Shown: piece after piece, positions 1-13,575 of the stretch | How positions within the stretch are numbered: position 1 is the stretch's first letter | Layout: the number at the start of each line of letters is the position of its first letter | Assembly: GCF_004010195.1 (NCBI RefSeq) | Contig: NC_057719.1 | Span: 19,601,562-19,665,561, forward strand | Length of the DNA stretch: 64,000 bases | Reading direction: 5' to 3' | Source: Chiloscyllium plagiosum | Taxonomy: Eukaryota | Position numbers and translations under genes: made by a program | Notes under the pieces: generated by a model | What the model was told of the DNA's origin: nothing | The model's input: the letters and a program-made list of their open reading frames with translations, nothing else | Databases searched by the model: none

Positions 1-594
1 GTGGCTGTGTCTGATTATGATCTAAACTGATTTATGGGTAATAATGAGCATAAGGGAAAGTGGAGGGATGCTTTCCTGATGGTTTGGTACTTAATCCTCT
101 ACACAAGAAAGGGATACAGATGCCTTGGATCCTGGAAATCACATAAAAAATAGATGCATGACCTTTTGATCCACAAGGTGGTTTTCTTAAAGATATGGAT
201 TTCTATCCTGCTGTAGTCCCTTTGGGGGATAGATGACAATCCCTATGGGTGAGTATAACAAGCAGCGAGGGAATTGTCACTGATTGCACAACAATTCACT
301 GCTAATCTTAAAGTGCTATGGAAAATTAATACAATGTTTGGTGGCTTATATATTTGTACGCAAAGAACAAAGTACAATGAATTCATTAAAATTTATTTTT
401 CATGTTTGTGTCAAAGGCAAGGCAAGTATGTGTTGCCCATCTCTAATCACTCTTGCATTGAGTGGATTATTGGTAATTTCTGAGGACATTTAAGAGTCAA
501 CCCCATTTCTGTAGATCTGGCTCACATGTAGGCTATCAGTCAGCAGGTTTCATTTATTAAAGGACATTAGTGAACCAGATAGGTTTTTATACAA

Positions 595-1590
595 TCAATG
601 AGGTAAAAACAATATATCCCTGGTGGTGGGGTCTTTTTGGAGGTTGCGGAATCTGAGGGCGGAGGTGCGGGATGTGGACAAGATGCGTTGGAGGGCATCT
701 TTAATCACTTCCTCTTTAACCAATTCCTCCGCCTCTGCCGTATCTGCTCCCAGGAGGACCGGTTCCACCACAGAACACACCAGATGGCCTCCTTCTTTAG
801 AGACCACAATTTCCCTTCCCAGGTTAAAGATGCCCTCCAATGCATCTCGTCCACATCCCGCACCTCCGCCCTCAGACCCCACCCCTCCAACCGTAACAAA
901 GACAGAANNNNNNNNNNNNNNNNNNNNNNNNNNNNNNNNNNNNNNNNNNNNNNNNNNNNNNNNNNNNNNNNNNNNNNNNNNNNNNNNNNNNNNNNNNNNN
1001 NNNNNNNNNNNNNNNNNNNNNNNNNNNNNNNNNNNNNNNNNNNNNNNNNNNNNNNNNNNNNNNNNNNNNNNNNNNNNNNNNNNNNNNNNNNNNNNNNNNN
1101 NNNNNNNNNNNNNNNNNNNNNNNNNNNNNNNNNNNNNNNNNNNNNNNNNNNNNNNNNNNNNNNNNNNNNNNNNNNNNNNNNNNNNNNNNNNNNNNNNNNN
1201 NNNNNNNNNNNNNNNNNNNNNNNNNNNNNNNNNNNNNNNNNNNNNNNNNNNNNNNNNNNNNNNNNNNNNNNNNNNNNNNNNNNNNNNNNNNNNNNNNNNN
1301 NNNNNNNNNNNNNNNNNNNNNNNNNNNNNNNNNNNNNNNNNNNNNNNNNNNNNNNNNNNNNNNNNNNNNNNNNNNNNNNNNNNNNNNNNNNNNNNNNNNN
1401 NNNNNNNNNNNNTCACCCATTGTACTCTATGCTACTTTCTCCCCACCCCCCCCCTCCTCTAGCTTATCTCTCCACGCTTCAGGCTCACTGCCTTTATTCC
1501 TGATGAAGGGCTTTTGCCCGAAACATCGATTTCGCTGCTCCTTGGATGCTGCCTGAACTGCTGTGCTCTTCCAGCACCACCAATCCAGAA
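595..1590 (+). mobile_element. Penelope-like retroelement fragment (RT C-terminal region, N-gap, 3' pLTR with hammerhead core)
   Basis: Translation QFLRLCRICSQEDRFHHRTHQMASFFRDHNFPS is PLE-like. The terminal repeat contains cctgatgaagggcttttgcccgaaac (1499-1524). Flanked by a 10-bp direct repeat ttttatacaa (585-594, 1591-1600). Confidence 0.8.
908..1412. other. Assembly gap (N run)
   Basis: Run of n characters. Confidence 1.
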
Positions 1591-1789
1591 TTTTATACAA
1601 ACAATGTTTATCTCCCAGTCAGCATCACCAAGATTAGCTTGCAATTTCAAATTTTATTAATTTAATTTTAGATTCCACATTACCATGGTTGAATTTGAAT
1701 TTGAGGCAAAATTTCCAAAGCATTAGCTGAGCCTCTGGATTTCTAACCCAATTACATTACCACCACATCACCATTTCCACAATTGAGTG

Positions 1790-2072
1790 AGAAATGGAGT
1801 TTGATAGACGTGAGGTGCTGCATTTTGGTAAGGTAAATCAGGGCAGGACTTAATAGTAAGATCTTGGGGAGTGTTGCCAAACAGAGACCTTGGAGTATAA
1901 GTTCATGGTGACTTGAAAGATAAGTCACAGGTAAACACGGCAGTGAAGAAGGCATTTGGTTTGTTTGCCGATATTGGTCAGAACACTGAGTATAGGAGTT
2001 GGGAGGTCGTGTTACGGCTGTACAGGATATTAGTTAGTCCACTTTTGTAAAACTGCATTCACTTCTGGTCTC
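1790..2072 (+). mobile_element. CR1/HER1-type LINE RT fragment
   Basis: gtgaggtgctgcattttgg (CEVLHFG motif) and gagaccttggagt (RDLGV), matching the LINE at 14685. Confidence 0.75.
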
Positions 2073-3890
2073 CTAAAAAACTGGCTGGCAGAGTTTTCAC
2101 AGACTCTGGATGACCCCTCCCATGATCAAGAAATGGGAAAGTTTAAATTTTAACTATTATGGATGCTCCAAACAATATTTCCTATCGCAAGATTTTCTGC
2201 AGCTTTGGAAAAAAGGCAAAAATGATAATAGAAAAGTTTGTTCATCTTTTTACAGAAAGTAACTACCTAAGGAAATATAATCAGTGCAAGGATCAAATAT
2301 TATGTCGCAAATATTTCAAGAAATAATAATTAGTTTAGGAATATAACAATGTATATCTTCAGCTTATCATCCACAATCTCAAGGCGCATTAGGAAGATAG
2401 CAGTAAACTTTTAACACTGTGATTAAGGCTTATTGTCAGGAATCCTAATGATTTGGATTAAAAGGACATCCTTACTATTGTTTAGTATTAATGAATCTTC
2501 TTCTACTGCTATACAAGTATTAAGTTGTAGGAACCCTTACATTAATGAAAGAAGAATGTATAAATCAAGTTTCACAAACCACATTTCTGATCAATATGCC
2601 CAATTTTCAAGAAAAAAATTAGCTAAAGTGTATGTGTATTGACCAAAAAACATTTGGAAAGTACTCATCAAACAATGAAAATTATAACAAATAAAAAAAA
2701 TCAAAGTTCAGTTTTTTTTTGTGTTAAGTACTGTTAGCTGTTTCTGAGGAGCCATGAAAAATAAGGCTCACTAGTTCCTACCAAATCAAAAACTCAATGA
2801 TGTGAATTATGAGGCACACATTCCAAACAGGAGGGAAAATATCAGTCAAATGTGTCAAGTTTGTGTGTTAAAACAATAGCATATTGGAGAAGAAAGTCAA
2901 GAGACAAGTGTATTTACAGTGGATAAAGAAATAGTGAGTAGAAAATAAATGTCAGAAGTATTTGGGAATGAATCAGAAACTGAAATGTCAACCCTTTAGA
3001 AACCAGATTGAATAATATGGAAGTGCTTGGAAAGTTACCTGTTATACTATTCTATTTCTCAGAAAACTATTGTGGTGGGTTATTAAAGCTGCTATAGACT
3101 TCTAAACTAAACTAAGTAAATAGGCCATCGAAAATGTCATTGATGGTAATGTGGGGAATGTTCAAAAATTAAGCAACATCTGCACAGCCTCATCCCATAG
3201 ATCTTGGCCCAAGTGAGAAAAGAGATTCTATTTATGATGGTCAATGCCATTATTGAATTGAGTCACAGTAGCTAGAGCTCATCTGTTGCGATGTTGCTGA
3301 AACTGGATGTATCAAAATAATTGTGAAAATATGGTTGCAAAGATACTATGACAGCATAGGTGGGTTCATATTCAATTCCACAATTGCAGGACTGTATTAA
3401 GAGGACTGAATGATCACTAATTGCTACAAAAATCGACGATTTTCAACTTCTATTGAATGGTACACTCAAGGAATTTTCTGCTTTTATAATTAAATGGACT
3501 TTATCAATGTAAATTCATGGAATTTGGAATGAAAAATGCATGAACAACTTTTCAACAATTAACCAAAAAAGTGAAAATATGATTTGTTGTGTCCAGACAA
3601 ACCTGGAATGAACATTTACAACACTTAAATACATTGTATGATTGGTTAAAAACAGCCAATTTGATTATAAGCTTGGCTAAAAGTGAATTTACTCAAGTAA
3701 AACAGACATATTTGGGACACACTGTGAGACTAGGCCAAATAGCACCTATAGTGATGAAAACAAGGACTATCTTAGAGTTTCCCATGCCTAAGACAAAGCA
3801 GGAGATTTTGCAGTCTATTGACGAGTGTTATTTTTATCAGAGATTTGTCCTGAACGTCAACATTTTAGTGTCTCTTTTGATAAGTTCAGT
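2073..3890 (+). mobile_element. Highly decayed Gmr1-like Gypsy pol (integrase followed by RT)
   Basis: Integrase remnants LTIMDA, QGSN and SAYHPQSQGAL at ~2150-2400. RT remnants IKQH, GLYQCKFMEFGMKNA and ORF 3589-3906 (WNEHLQHL...LAKSEF...TYLGH) follow. Same domain order as the element at 36180. Confidence 0.8.
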
Positions 3891-3911
3891 TTGGAAGCTG
3901 TACTAACGACC

Positions 3912-4129
3912 ACAACTGTCTTTGTAGAGTTTGCACATTCTGTGTGGGTTTCCTCCAGGTGCTCCAGTTTAATCCCACAATCCAAAGATGTACAGGTCAG
4001 GTGAATTGGCCATGCTAAATTGCCCATAGTGTTAGGTAAATGGGTTTGGGTAGGTTACTCTTTGGAGAGTCGGTGTGGACTGTTTGGGCCGAAGGGCCTG
4101 TTTCCACACTGTAGGGAATCTAATCTAAT
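3912..4129 (+). mobile_element. HE1-like SINE, 5'-truncated
   Basis: gagtttgcacattc...ccacaatccaaagatg...gggccgaagggcctgtttccacactgtagggaatctaatctaa; homologous to the full copy at 51386. Confidence 0.85.
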
Positions 4130-4561
4130 TAATATGCAAAGTCTTTGCTCATTTATTACATTGCTACATCTAAAGTGAAATTAGCAAAGTAAAATATAAA
4201 TTGGAAATTATAATGGAAAATGAAAATGCCTCAGACAAGTAAAGTTGCATTCTTTTTGCAGTGAGATATGATAAATGTTCATAATATGTTGACATTGTTT
4301 GAGAATTTGGGTTCTAAAGCAATGAATGTATGTATGTATACAATTTTGATTTGTATTTCCAGATTGTGTTTTTAAAGGGAAGACATTGCTTTTAGTTCAA
4401 TTTTTGATTTATTCCATGAGCATTATTGAGGTGTCTGGAGATCTATTTTGTTTATGTGTATTTTATTGACATCTTTAAACCCTTGAATGAAAAGTTTACT
4501 GCACCACGAGTAAACAGTAGAAGCAAGAAAGAAACTACTGTTGCCTAATTACAGTAGCACA

Positions 4562-4735
4562 GAAACTGGATTAGAGTGGTGCTGGAAAAGCACAGCAGTT
4601 CAGGCAGCATCCGAGGAGCAGGAAAATATCCTTGCAAGAGGATTCGCAGTAGGGTTAAAATCAACGAGGTAAAAACAATGACTGCAGATGCTGTAAACCA
4701 GATTCTGGTTTAGAGTGGTGCTGGAAAAGCACACA
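4562..4735 (-). mobile_element. PLE terminal-repeat fragment, partial tandem arrangement
   Basis: ttagagtggtgctggaaaagcac occurs twice. Internal tcaacgaggtaaaaacaat also appears at 595-613. Confidence 0.7.
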
Positions 4736-6989
4736 GAAAGTCAGAACAATCAAGAAGTCAAGTACTTTGCAAGATCATTCAAAGAGAAAAATACACTGTC
4801 TTTTACAGTCTCCAAGCAGTCACCCTGAGTGTCATAGAACACAGTAAGTTAAAAGTTTTTAAAGCAGGAAACTATTGAAGTGTCAGAGAGGAAGGCATCC
4901 TACAAGGCTGTTGAAGGCACAAGTTTAAAGAGCACATGTTAACTCGTGAGTGAGCAGCATTAGGAGCTTGTTTAGGGGTCTTGGAAAGGGACATTAACTA
5001 AAAAAAAAGTTCTGTGTGAAGGCAGAAAGTTACCAAAAAGAAATTGACTATCATCATGTCAACTCACCAGGAAGCTTTAGTGTGGAAACAAGGTAATTCT
5101 TCATTGTTGTTTGAGTGTCTATAATGCTGTTGTTGATGTAATGATCCATTCAACTAGCAAATGCCATAAAGTGTTTGGAGTTATGTGGTAATAATACAAT
5201 ACCACCATTTTTACTTTAGGGTCTTGTGGCACAATGGTATTGTTCATATCTCTGGGCCAGAAGTCTAGGTTCGAGTCCTGCATGCCCTGAATGTATGTCA
5301 TAGTGTGTTAACTAAAATAACTAACTATAACAAATAGGGAAATAAGAGAGCAGTAGGACTAATTTTGATTGCAATAGCAGAGTTGGCATCCATGTGACGG
5401 GCTGCATACCTTCATTTTTTTGGTGTAAAATTGCTTCATGCAGTTCTTTTAAAAAAAAGACTCTTAAAGTCCTTTTTTCTGGGTCATACACTGAAATGAT
5501 ATTTTGGGCTTGCCTAAGAGAAGGATTATTTTCTTTAAGAATACCAGTTGCTTTCTTTGTGATAAAGTCAATGTTCCTGGTGTCACTCCATTGAGTATTC
5601 ATCAGGTTGCATTACTGAAATTAGTGGGGTTTCGAAATAAAACTGAGTTGAATTGAAGTGTTGACAAGACTCAATTTTTTGTTTACAAATATAAATGCTT
5701 ACATACTCTAGAATGTTGCAAAAATGCAACAAATATGTTGCTGGTAAGATGTTTTCTAGGAAGATGTTATGCTATCACATTCTTGGAGGATAAATATTCT
5801 TTCACTTCCCAAAGTTATCTTTTGTAATTGTGATCATCGCCATGGTATTTATTCTCAACATGGATTTATGGACAAAAATTCATTATTTGAATAAAGGGCA
5901 TCTTACCTCATCAGAAAGTATGTCCAAGGCTTCAGTGACGTTGTATATAAAGCTGTAAGGTGAAAACAGATCCTGTGTGAAAAGTGATATTACAGCATTA
6001 GTACAATTGCAAGGTAGTTATCAGAAGCATTCAAAAACAGAAATTTCTGCAGAAACTCTGCAGGTCTGGCAGCATCTTTGGAGAGCAAACAATCCAACCA
6101 CCCTTGGTCACAGGAGTCAAAATGTTCGGTCTGTTTTCACTCGACAGATGCTATTAGACCTACTGAATTTCTCCAGCAATTTCTGTTTTTGTTTGTTTCA
6201 GATCTCCAGCATCTGCAATTCATTGTTTTATGTCAGAAGCCATCAATGGAATATGTTTTCATAAACAATATGCACACATGAGAAATATAATTTTACTGTT
6301 CAAATTAAAACTTGACATACAAGGATGGTTGGTGAATGGGAACCTACCAATGCCACAGGATATGCCAAGTACTTTAAGTCAAAGCGGTTTACTTTGAGAA
6401 TTTTAATTATTATCATTTACCAAGCTGGTTTGACAGTGATCACTTTGAACTAGGCAGTTCCAACTAGCAGTAATGAAATAAATTATCCACCAAATGATTG
6501 GCTGCACCAGTGTTAATTGCAGGATGAATGCTGAACAGGAAATTGGGTGGACATGAAAAATGTGTTGAAATATTTTACTTCTACCTGAGTAAAAGTGAGG
6601 CCTCAATCTGATTATGATCTGTAATTGTTAATGTGACTGCTCCTGATTTTGACAGGTTGTTTGGCAGTTCCAATGAATTTAATAGTGCTGAGTCTATGTA
6701 CTTTATGTGCACATTTATCCCTATTTCTAACAATTTCAAAGGGCTCTTCCAAAGTGTCCCTGACCTATATTAAATAGCACTTGACCTCCCAAGACATATC
6801 TTGGGACCACATCTATAATCTCATTTCTCTATAAGTATACCCTAGCTATCCAAATGAATCACCAAAGTGTTTTTGACCAACACAGACTTAATAGGGCAAT
6901 TGCTGTGTTGTGGATTGCTAAGACGGTACAAGTTCAGGTCTTTTCTTACCTGGTCTAATATGCACACTTGAGATTTTCTTATTGCAACA

Positions 6990-7290
6990 TCGAAGAATGG
7001 GGGGAGAATATAGGCATAATATTAGAGTAAGGGGTCATCCGTTAAACATTGTGATTAATTGGAATTCTTTTTCTCTCAGAAGACAGTGATTCTATGGTAT
7101 TCTTTACCACAGGAGACTGTTGACTTTGAGTTGTTAAGCACAATTCAGCTTAGGTAAACAGATTTTTAAACAGGGGATAAGGCAAGAAAGTAAAGTTGAG
7201 GGATATCAGGTCAGCCATGATTTCATTGAACAATATAGCAGAATCCTTGGGCTGAATAGCTTACCTCTCCTCTTCTGTCTTATTGCCTTA
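6990..7290 (+). mobile_element. Old CR1-type LINE 3' end
   Basis: gggcataat...cagccatgatttcattgaa...gggctgaatagcttacct 3' UTR pattern. Confidence 0.6.
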
Positions 7291-7820
7291 ACATTGTGGT
7301 TTTATGGTCTTCATCCTCCAAGGCTTAAATGGCCAACTGTCCCCCAAGAACACATTCTGAAGCCTCAGAAATGGGAATTGTTGTGTTTAGAGATGGTCCT
7401 TAGGATTTCTACCTCATGAACTAATTTCATCACAACCAATTTTGGACTGGTGAAAGTGGATATTTTAAATATCCTATGTTATAATATTCAATAAACTCCA
7501 AAATATTTAATTTGTCGCAAAGCTTTTTTGAGCACCTGTGGGTTTTTAAAGGCACTATGTAAATTATTTCTTTCTCGTACATGGAGATTTTATGCTAGCT
7601 CACAGGCTGAGTGGATTTAATTGGCAGTCCTAACAGATTTTCAGCAGCTATTGTCTGCCAACCAGGAAAAAAAGGGCATCCATGACTTTTAATCAACTGT
7701 GTTGGTATGAATTCCAGCCCTATGACATTCTTTCCACAATACAAAAGGAGAGATCCCACAGCATCAGTTAACCAACAGTTTCATTGTGGAACCATTCTTG
7801 AACTGGTTTTAAATTGTATA

Positions 7821-7994
7821 CAGAGGAACCTCGATTATCCAGCATTCGATTATCTGAATTTCAGGTTAACTGGACAAGATTGCAAAGTCCTGATGCTTGA
7901 CTAAACTGTTATCTGGCATTCAATTATCCAAACACTCGATTATCCTAACAAAATACTCCCCACCCAAGGTGTTCAGATCATCGAGGTTCCTCTG
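7821..7994. mobile_element. Tc1/mariner-superfamily (pogo/Tigger-like) MITE
   Basis: TIRs cagaggaacctcgat / atcgaggttcctctg, flanked by TA on both sides (7819-7820, 7995-7996). Internal gattatc repeats. Confidence 0.85.
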
Positions 7995-9204
7995 TATATA
8001 GAATAACACAACGGTGTTAAGATAGTAATGGTGATTTCTGTTTCCCATACATGTTGTAACAATAGATCAATCTTATTAGATCATTTCACATTCACTCAAA
8101 TGTGTGACAGGTCTTTGTCTCAATTAACTAAAAATACAATATGCTTTTTGTTTCAGACTTGATCTTAAACAGAAACAATTTATTAACTTAGAGTTTCATT
8201 TTATGTCCATGAGAATCATAATCAATAGATTCATACAAATATACCGAGTTAAAATCTGCTTTCCAAATGCCTCAAAGCATTTTTGCACTCACTTAAAAAT
8301 CTTGAAAACAATAGTTGTCTTCTTACAACAAGCCCATTGCATATATAAGCTACAGAAACAATTCTTACCTTGTCTTTGCAGTAGTCACATAAATCGTTAA
8401 CTCCAATGAAGACAGTGACTAATTTCCAGTCTTGTGTGAAGTTTATGTCCTAAATTTTAGCAAAAAAAGGTTTAATATTCTCTTCTATGTTTTTCAATGG
8501 CATAATCAATAACAATTGTAGTTTTACTTTAGACAATAATGCTCTTCACTTTTACTACAGTGGATACCATTAGGATGAGGTCATGCCACTTTGGCACATC
8601 TCCAAAGCTGTTAACATTCGTAAATGTCCTTAGGTTGACCTCTTTGGAAGCCACAATCGAAATCACTTTACCCATCGCTTGGATTTTATTTGTCATGTAT
8701 ACACTACTGGTGTGCCATCATATTAATATATTTTAAACTAAAGTGTGATACTCTTGACCTGCAAAATATTGTATCTATTCATGATTCTGAAGAAACTTAA
8801 CCCCCTGCCTGTTGTTTCTAAAGTGGATCATATCCAGAATTCTGATTGTGGGTTATTTGAAGGACTGATATCCAGAATTCCTTAAAAGCTTTATCCAAAT
8901 AATAATGTACACATTTGCATGATCATAGAAGGATTTAATCAACTCTCACTGATAAAGCATGGAGGATTGGCATCAATTAGTATTCCTGAGAGCAATAGTT
9001 TCCTGCTGAAAAGCATTATTTCAAGGCTAAGAATTACTTAAAGTATTCTGTTTAGAACCGAAGTCTGTTTTTTTTTTCACAAATAAGCAAAATAAAACAC
9101 TGAGCTTTGATGGGAATCAACATTTTTGAGGGTCTGTCATGTCTTTTGCCAAGAGGCGCATTGTTGCAAAAAGACAGCTGTTTAAAACTGACAACACAAT
9201 CATA

Positions 9205-9604
9205 TTGATTATAGTGTCAGCCAGCTGGATATCTGAGAATATGAGTTCCCTGAATGGGGCTGTTAATCTGGTCCAATCAGGAAGCCCTGGCTAACAGATA
9301 AAAAGAGGGGTGTCTGAATAAAGATTTGTGCACTTTGTCTTTCACTGTGTCTCACACCGGCACACACACACCATGGGTTCTGGGGATAAAATAAGCACTA
9401 CCGCACTTAGGTGGTAGTGTGGGGGTTAAAATAAAAAAAAAAGAAAAGAGAAAAAGAAAGAAAGAAGAAATAAAAAGAGGAGTGTCAGACACACAGCCAC
9501 TTTGAGAGTTGACTCTGAAGAGGCAGTACTAAAGTCAAAATCTGTGCATGTGTAAATAAAGGTTGACTTGGTGATGGGATACCGGCCTCTGTGAAGCTAT
9601 TTCA
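9205..9604 (+). mobile_element. Short (~210-bp unit) solo-LTR-like repeat interrupted by a retro-insertion
   Basis: Homologous to 45419-45630 (atgagttccctga..gttaatctggtccaatcagg...gacttggtgat...gcctctgtg...tatttca). Confidence 0.7.
9315..9469 (+). mobile_element. 5'-truncated poly(A)-tailed non-LTR retroelement 3' end (L1/Tx1-like)
   Basis: A-rich tail; 17-bp target duplication ataaaaagagg(g/a)gtgtc at 9298-9314 and 9470-9486; 3' hairpin gcactacc/ggtagtgt. Confidence 0.75.
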
Positions 9605-10504
9605 ACTACAGTACTGTGTTCAGTCTATCCATTAAATAAGTGTTTGCTGCATTATTACTGTGAGCTTGTGAATAGGCTTTACTATGACATCTATACTTGA
9701 ATATTTTAGAAATGATGAGAGTAGGCGTGTCACATGACAATATGAACGAAGAAACTCTTGAAAGCTGGTTTGATGGCCAGGAATGGGATGTCACTAGGGA
9801 GCCTTTAGAATTGATCATGAAGAGAACACAGGTGGATAGACTCCAGGAGTGATGTTTTACAATGGAGAGTAAATAGTAGCCCATCCACCATGTGGCTGCA
9901 ATCATGACATTCAAGAAGCAGACAGATGCATAACTATTGCAAGCTTGCTTGGCTTACATTTTGAAGACTACTTTTTGATGTCTGATGGCTTCTCTTTGTT
10001 TCTCACAGGCTCCATTTTTCTTTCTCACTAATTCATTTATGAGGTGAATACTACAACTGAATACAATGGAAAACCACCACAAGATTATGTATTCCCTCCT
10101 TCAGAAGATCAGAAATTTAGCCTTTGTCTGTTCACTGGAGACCAAAAGTTCACTAGTTACAAAAAGTAAAATCATATTTCAAATAAACTTTTTTAAAAAA
10201 TTATGATTTATCATGGTTTCAGTTAGGTGCAGTTGCCTGGGAGATTCAATTATAGTGACAAAAATCAATTTGACCATATAAGATGATGATGGACATGAGA
10301 ACATAAGAAATAGGAAGAGGAATAGCCCATTTGGCCCCTCAAGCCTGTCCTGCCATTCAATATGATCATGGCTGATCTGCCCCAGGATTCAATTTGCTGA
10401 TACTTCAAAAAATATTTCCACCTCCTCCTTAAATAACGTAAGTATAAAGCATTAAATACTTAAAGACTTCTCAAATTTCAAATCTAATGTTGATCTTCCT
10501 TTCG

Positions 10505-10660
10505 TGCACCTTATTTGCAGCCGTAGATTTGTATTCCTCACTCTGTTCTATCACCTTTGATCTTTGTATGGAATGATCTATCTGTACTGCACAGAAAACA
10601 AAACTTTTCACTGTACCTAGGTACATGTGACAATAGTAAATCAAATCAAATCAAATCAAA
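10505..10660 (+). mobile_element. LINE 3' end with (AAATC)n tail (second copy ~24320-24450)
   Basis: ttttcactgtacctaggtacatgtgacaatagt followed by aaatc repeats; similar tttcactgtatctgggtacatgtgacaac at 24399. Confidence 0.6.
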
Positions 10661-11671
10661 ACCATAGAGAGATACTGGACATGTTTTCTAACAGAAAAGG
10701 AATCATTGAGTTTAACAAAGAAGAGGTTTGACTCACAGTCCAGTTCTGTATTGATGCTTACAAGATTTTCAAAAACCACAAGTGATTAAAAAAACATCAA
10801 TTATCATCAGCAGCATAGGCTGGGGCACAAATCCAATAAGAGACAGTGTTCAGAATTTTACAGGAGACCAGACTGCTCATAATCCCTGAAAGAAGGTCAC
10901 TCACTGGTCAGTCAGAAACTGATAAAAACACCGTCCCGAGCCATAATGCTCTGTGGGTGGGCTAAAGCTGAGCAGATTGGGACTTCTACCCTCTGTTGGG
11001 TAAATCCCATCCTCTAGACTTGTTTACCAATCTGCTTGGCTGTCAGTTCCAACAATCCTCAAAACGCATGAGTTCAGTAGTGGATATTGTCGGTACTAAT
11101 GATGACTCTAATGCAGGCTGAGGCCTAAAAATGTCGGGATGCTTGGACAGAAAGGTTTGTGCATCCCAGGAAAGGGTGGAGGATAGTTTTTAATGTCCAA
11201 GTGGGGATGATGGAAAGTGGGACACTATCCTCTGAGGAGAGTTCATCTAATGATGGGGTATCTTTACAAATCCATAAATTTGAACTGGACTGCACAGGAC
11301 AAATGCAGGGAGGATGTTCCTGATGATGGGCGAGAGGGGGGAGCAGTCCATAACCAGGGATCACAGGCTGAGGATATTCAGGACTGAGATGGAGAGAAAT
11401 TCATTCACCCAGAGAATGGTATGCCTGCAGAATTCATTACCTCAGGGGGCTATTGATATCTATGATTAGCAGAACAGGCTCAAGGAATCATTGTCCTACC
11501 TTTTATGTTTCTATAAGTAAGGGAGATCCTCTAAATTTAATCAACTCTGTATTTCCCATGGTTTTAAAATCTTAACAAAAATATTGGATGGTCACCTTCT
11601 GCTGGTCAGGCATACCTACCATATTATTTCATGGCAAAATATTTCATGGGGCAGCTTTATTTTAATATTCT

Positions 11672-13325
11672 CTGATGGGATGTGGGTGTCACTATCTGGC
11701 CAGCATTTATTGCCACCCGCCTTGCCCTTGAGGAGGGGTGATCAGCTGTTTTCTTGAACCACTGCAGTCCACAGACTGTAGGTTTACCCACAATGTTTTG
11801 AGGGAGGGAATTTCAGGATCTTGACCCAGCGACAGTGAGGGAATAGGAATATGTTTCCAAGTCAGGAGGGTGAGTGGTATAGAGAAGAACTTGTAGGTGC
11901 TGCCTTTGTCCTTCTAGATGGAAGTGATCGTGGGTTTGGAAGGTGTTGCTTAAGGATCTTTGGCAATGCATCTTGTAAATTGTATGGATTGCAGCTACCA
12001 AGTATCTGTAGTGGAGGGGCTGAATGTTTATGGATGTGGTGCCAATCAAGTGGGCTGCTTTGTCCTGTGCAGTGTCAAGCTTCTTGAGTATACCCAATCC
12101 AGGAAAGGGAGTTACTTACCACAGTTTTCCTAGCCTCTGGCATCCTCTTGTAGTTGCTGTGTTTATGTGGCAAGGCCAGTTGAGCTTCTGGTCAATGGTA
12201 ACCCCCAGGTTGTTGATAATTGGGAATTCAGTGTGGGAACACCACTGAATGTTAAGGGGTGATGATTAGATTATGCTTTATTGGAAATGGTCATTGTCTG
12301 GCATTTATGTGACTTGACTGTTACTTGCCACTTGTCAACACAAGCATGGATATTGCCCAGTCTTTGTATTTGAATATGGAGTGCTTCATAATCTGAAGAG
12401 TTGCGAATGGTGTGGAGCATTATGCAATCATCAGCAAACATCTGACTTCTGACTTTGTGATGGAGGGAAGGTCATTGATGAACTTGCTAAAGATGATTGG
12501 GCACAGGACACTATCCTAAGGAATTCCTGCAGAGATGTCTTGGAGTTGAGATGATTGACCTTCAACAACCACGACCATCTTCTTATGTTCTCTGGTGGAA
12601 CGCAAACTGGGTGTCACTGAGCAGTCATTGTTAAGCAGGTGCTGTTTGATAGTACTGTTGATGACACCTTCCATCGCTTTACTGATGATCAAGTGTAGAC
12701 TTTTGAGCGGTAATTGGCCAGTTTGGATTTGTCGTGCTTTTTATGTACAGGGCATACCTGGGAAGCTTTCCACATTATTACATAGATGTTGTAACTGTAC
12801 TGGAACAGCTGGGTGAGGGAAGCAGTTGAAGATGGTTGGGCCTACGATACTATTCTGAGGAACGACTGCAGAGATATTTTAATTTTTTTTTATTTTTGAT
12901 TTCCCGCCAGTGTGGAAACAGGCCCTTCGGTCCAACAAGTCCACACCAACCCTCCGAAAAGCAACCCACCCGGACCCATTCCCCTACATTTACCTCTGAC
13001 TAATACGCCTAACACTGCGGATAATTTAGCAGAGCCAATTCACCTGACCTGCACATCTTTGGACTGTGGGAGGAAACCGGAGCACCCGGTGGAAACCTAT
13101 GCAGACATGGGGAGAATGTGCAAACTCTACACAGACAGTTGCCTGAGGTGGGAATTGAACCCGAATCCCTGGCGCCATGAGGCAGCGGTGCTAACCACTG
13201 AACCACTGTGCCACCCCTCTCTAGATGTTCTGGAGTTGAGATAATTAACCTCCAACAACATTGATGATCTTCCTATGTTCCAGGTATGACTCCAACCAGT
13301 GGAGAGTTTGCTCCCGAAGATCCAT
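11672..13325 (-). mobile_element. CR1/L2-group LINE (ORF2 C-terminus and 3' UTR), interrupted by SINE 12897-13216
   Basis: ORF 11813-12097 LKKLDTAQDKAAHLIG...LHYR..VAA..TIYKMHC; tail cagcatttattgcc. A similar copy lies at 28340-29530. Confidence 0.7.
12897..13216 (-). mobile_element. HE1-like SINE, full length
   Basis: Reverse complement starts gggtggcacagtggttcagtggttagcaccgctgcctca (tRNA-like A box) and has ggttcaattccc (B box) and the LINE-derived tail. Confidence 0.9.
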
Positions 13326-13575
13326 TTAGAGGTTTATAAGCTCCACAGATCCTTAATTAATTCATACGTATTCATTGAGACAACTTCTCTGGTAATTTTA
13401 TTAAATTTTCTTGGAGGCTGATGGCAATTAACACCTATCAGGTTTTATACCCTCTCCCTACTCTGAACTTGGCCAGCTTCCATTTTCACATTGGGCCTGA
13501 TGACTCCATTGACATTCAACAACAATAAAATTATAATCACTGGGACAGTGAGGCCGGATTCCAGTAATTATGAAT

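Larger units (their letters stand above)
490..1780 (-). mobile_element. Old SINE-like repeat (family also at ~25417-25625, 32810-33097, 52370-52670, 52865-53145), split by the PLE at 595-1590
   Basis: aagagtcaacc...cacatgtagg...aaggacattagtgaaccagat (490-594) continues after the PLE as ccatggttgaatttgaa...ctctggat. The same motifs recur in the other copies. Confidence 0.65.

Noticed and set aside
595..1503. Long ORFs (273-288 aa) in the ORF track
   Set aside because: Length is an artefact of the N-gap; the real residues are PLE remnant or antisense.
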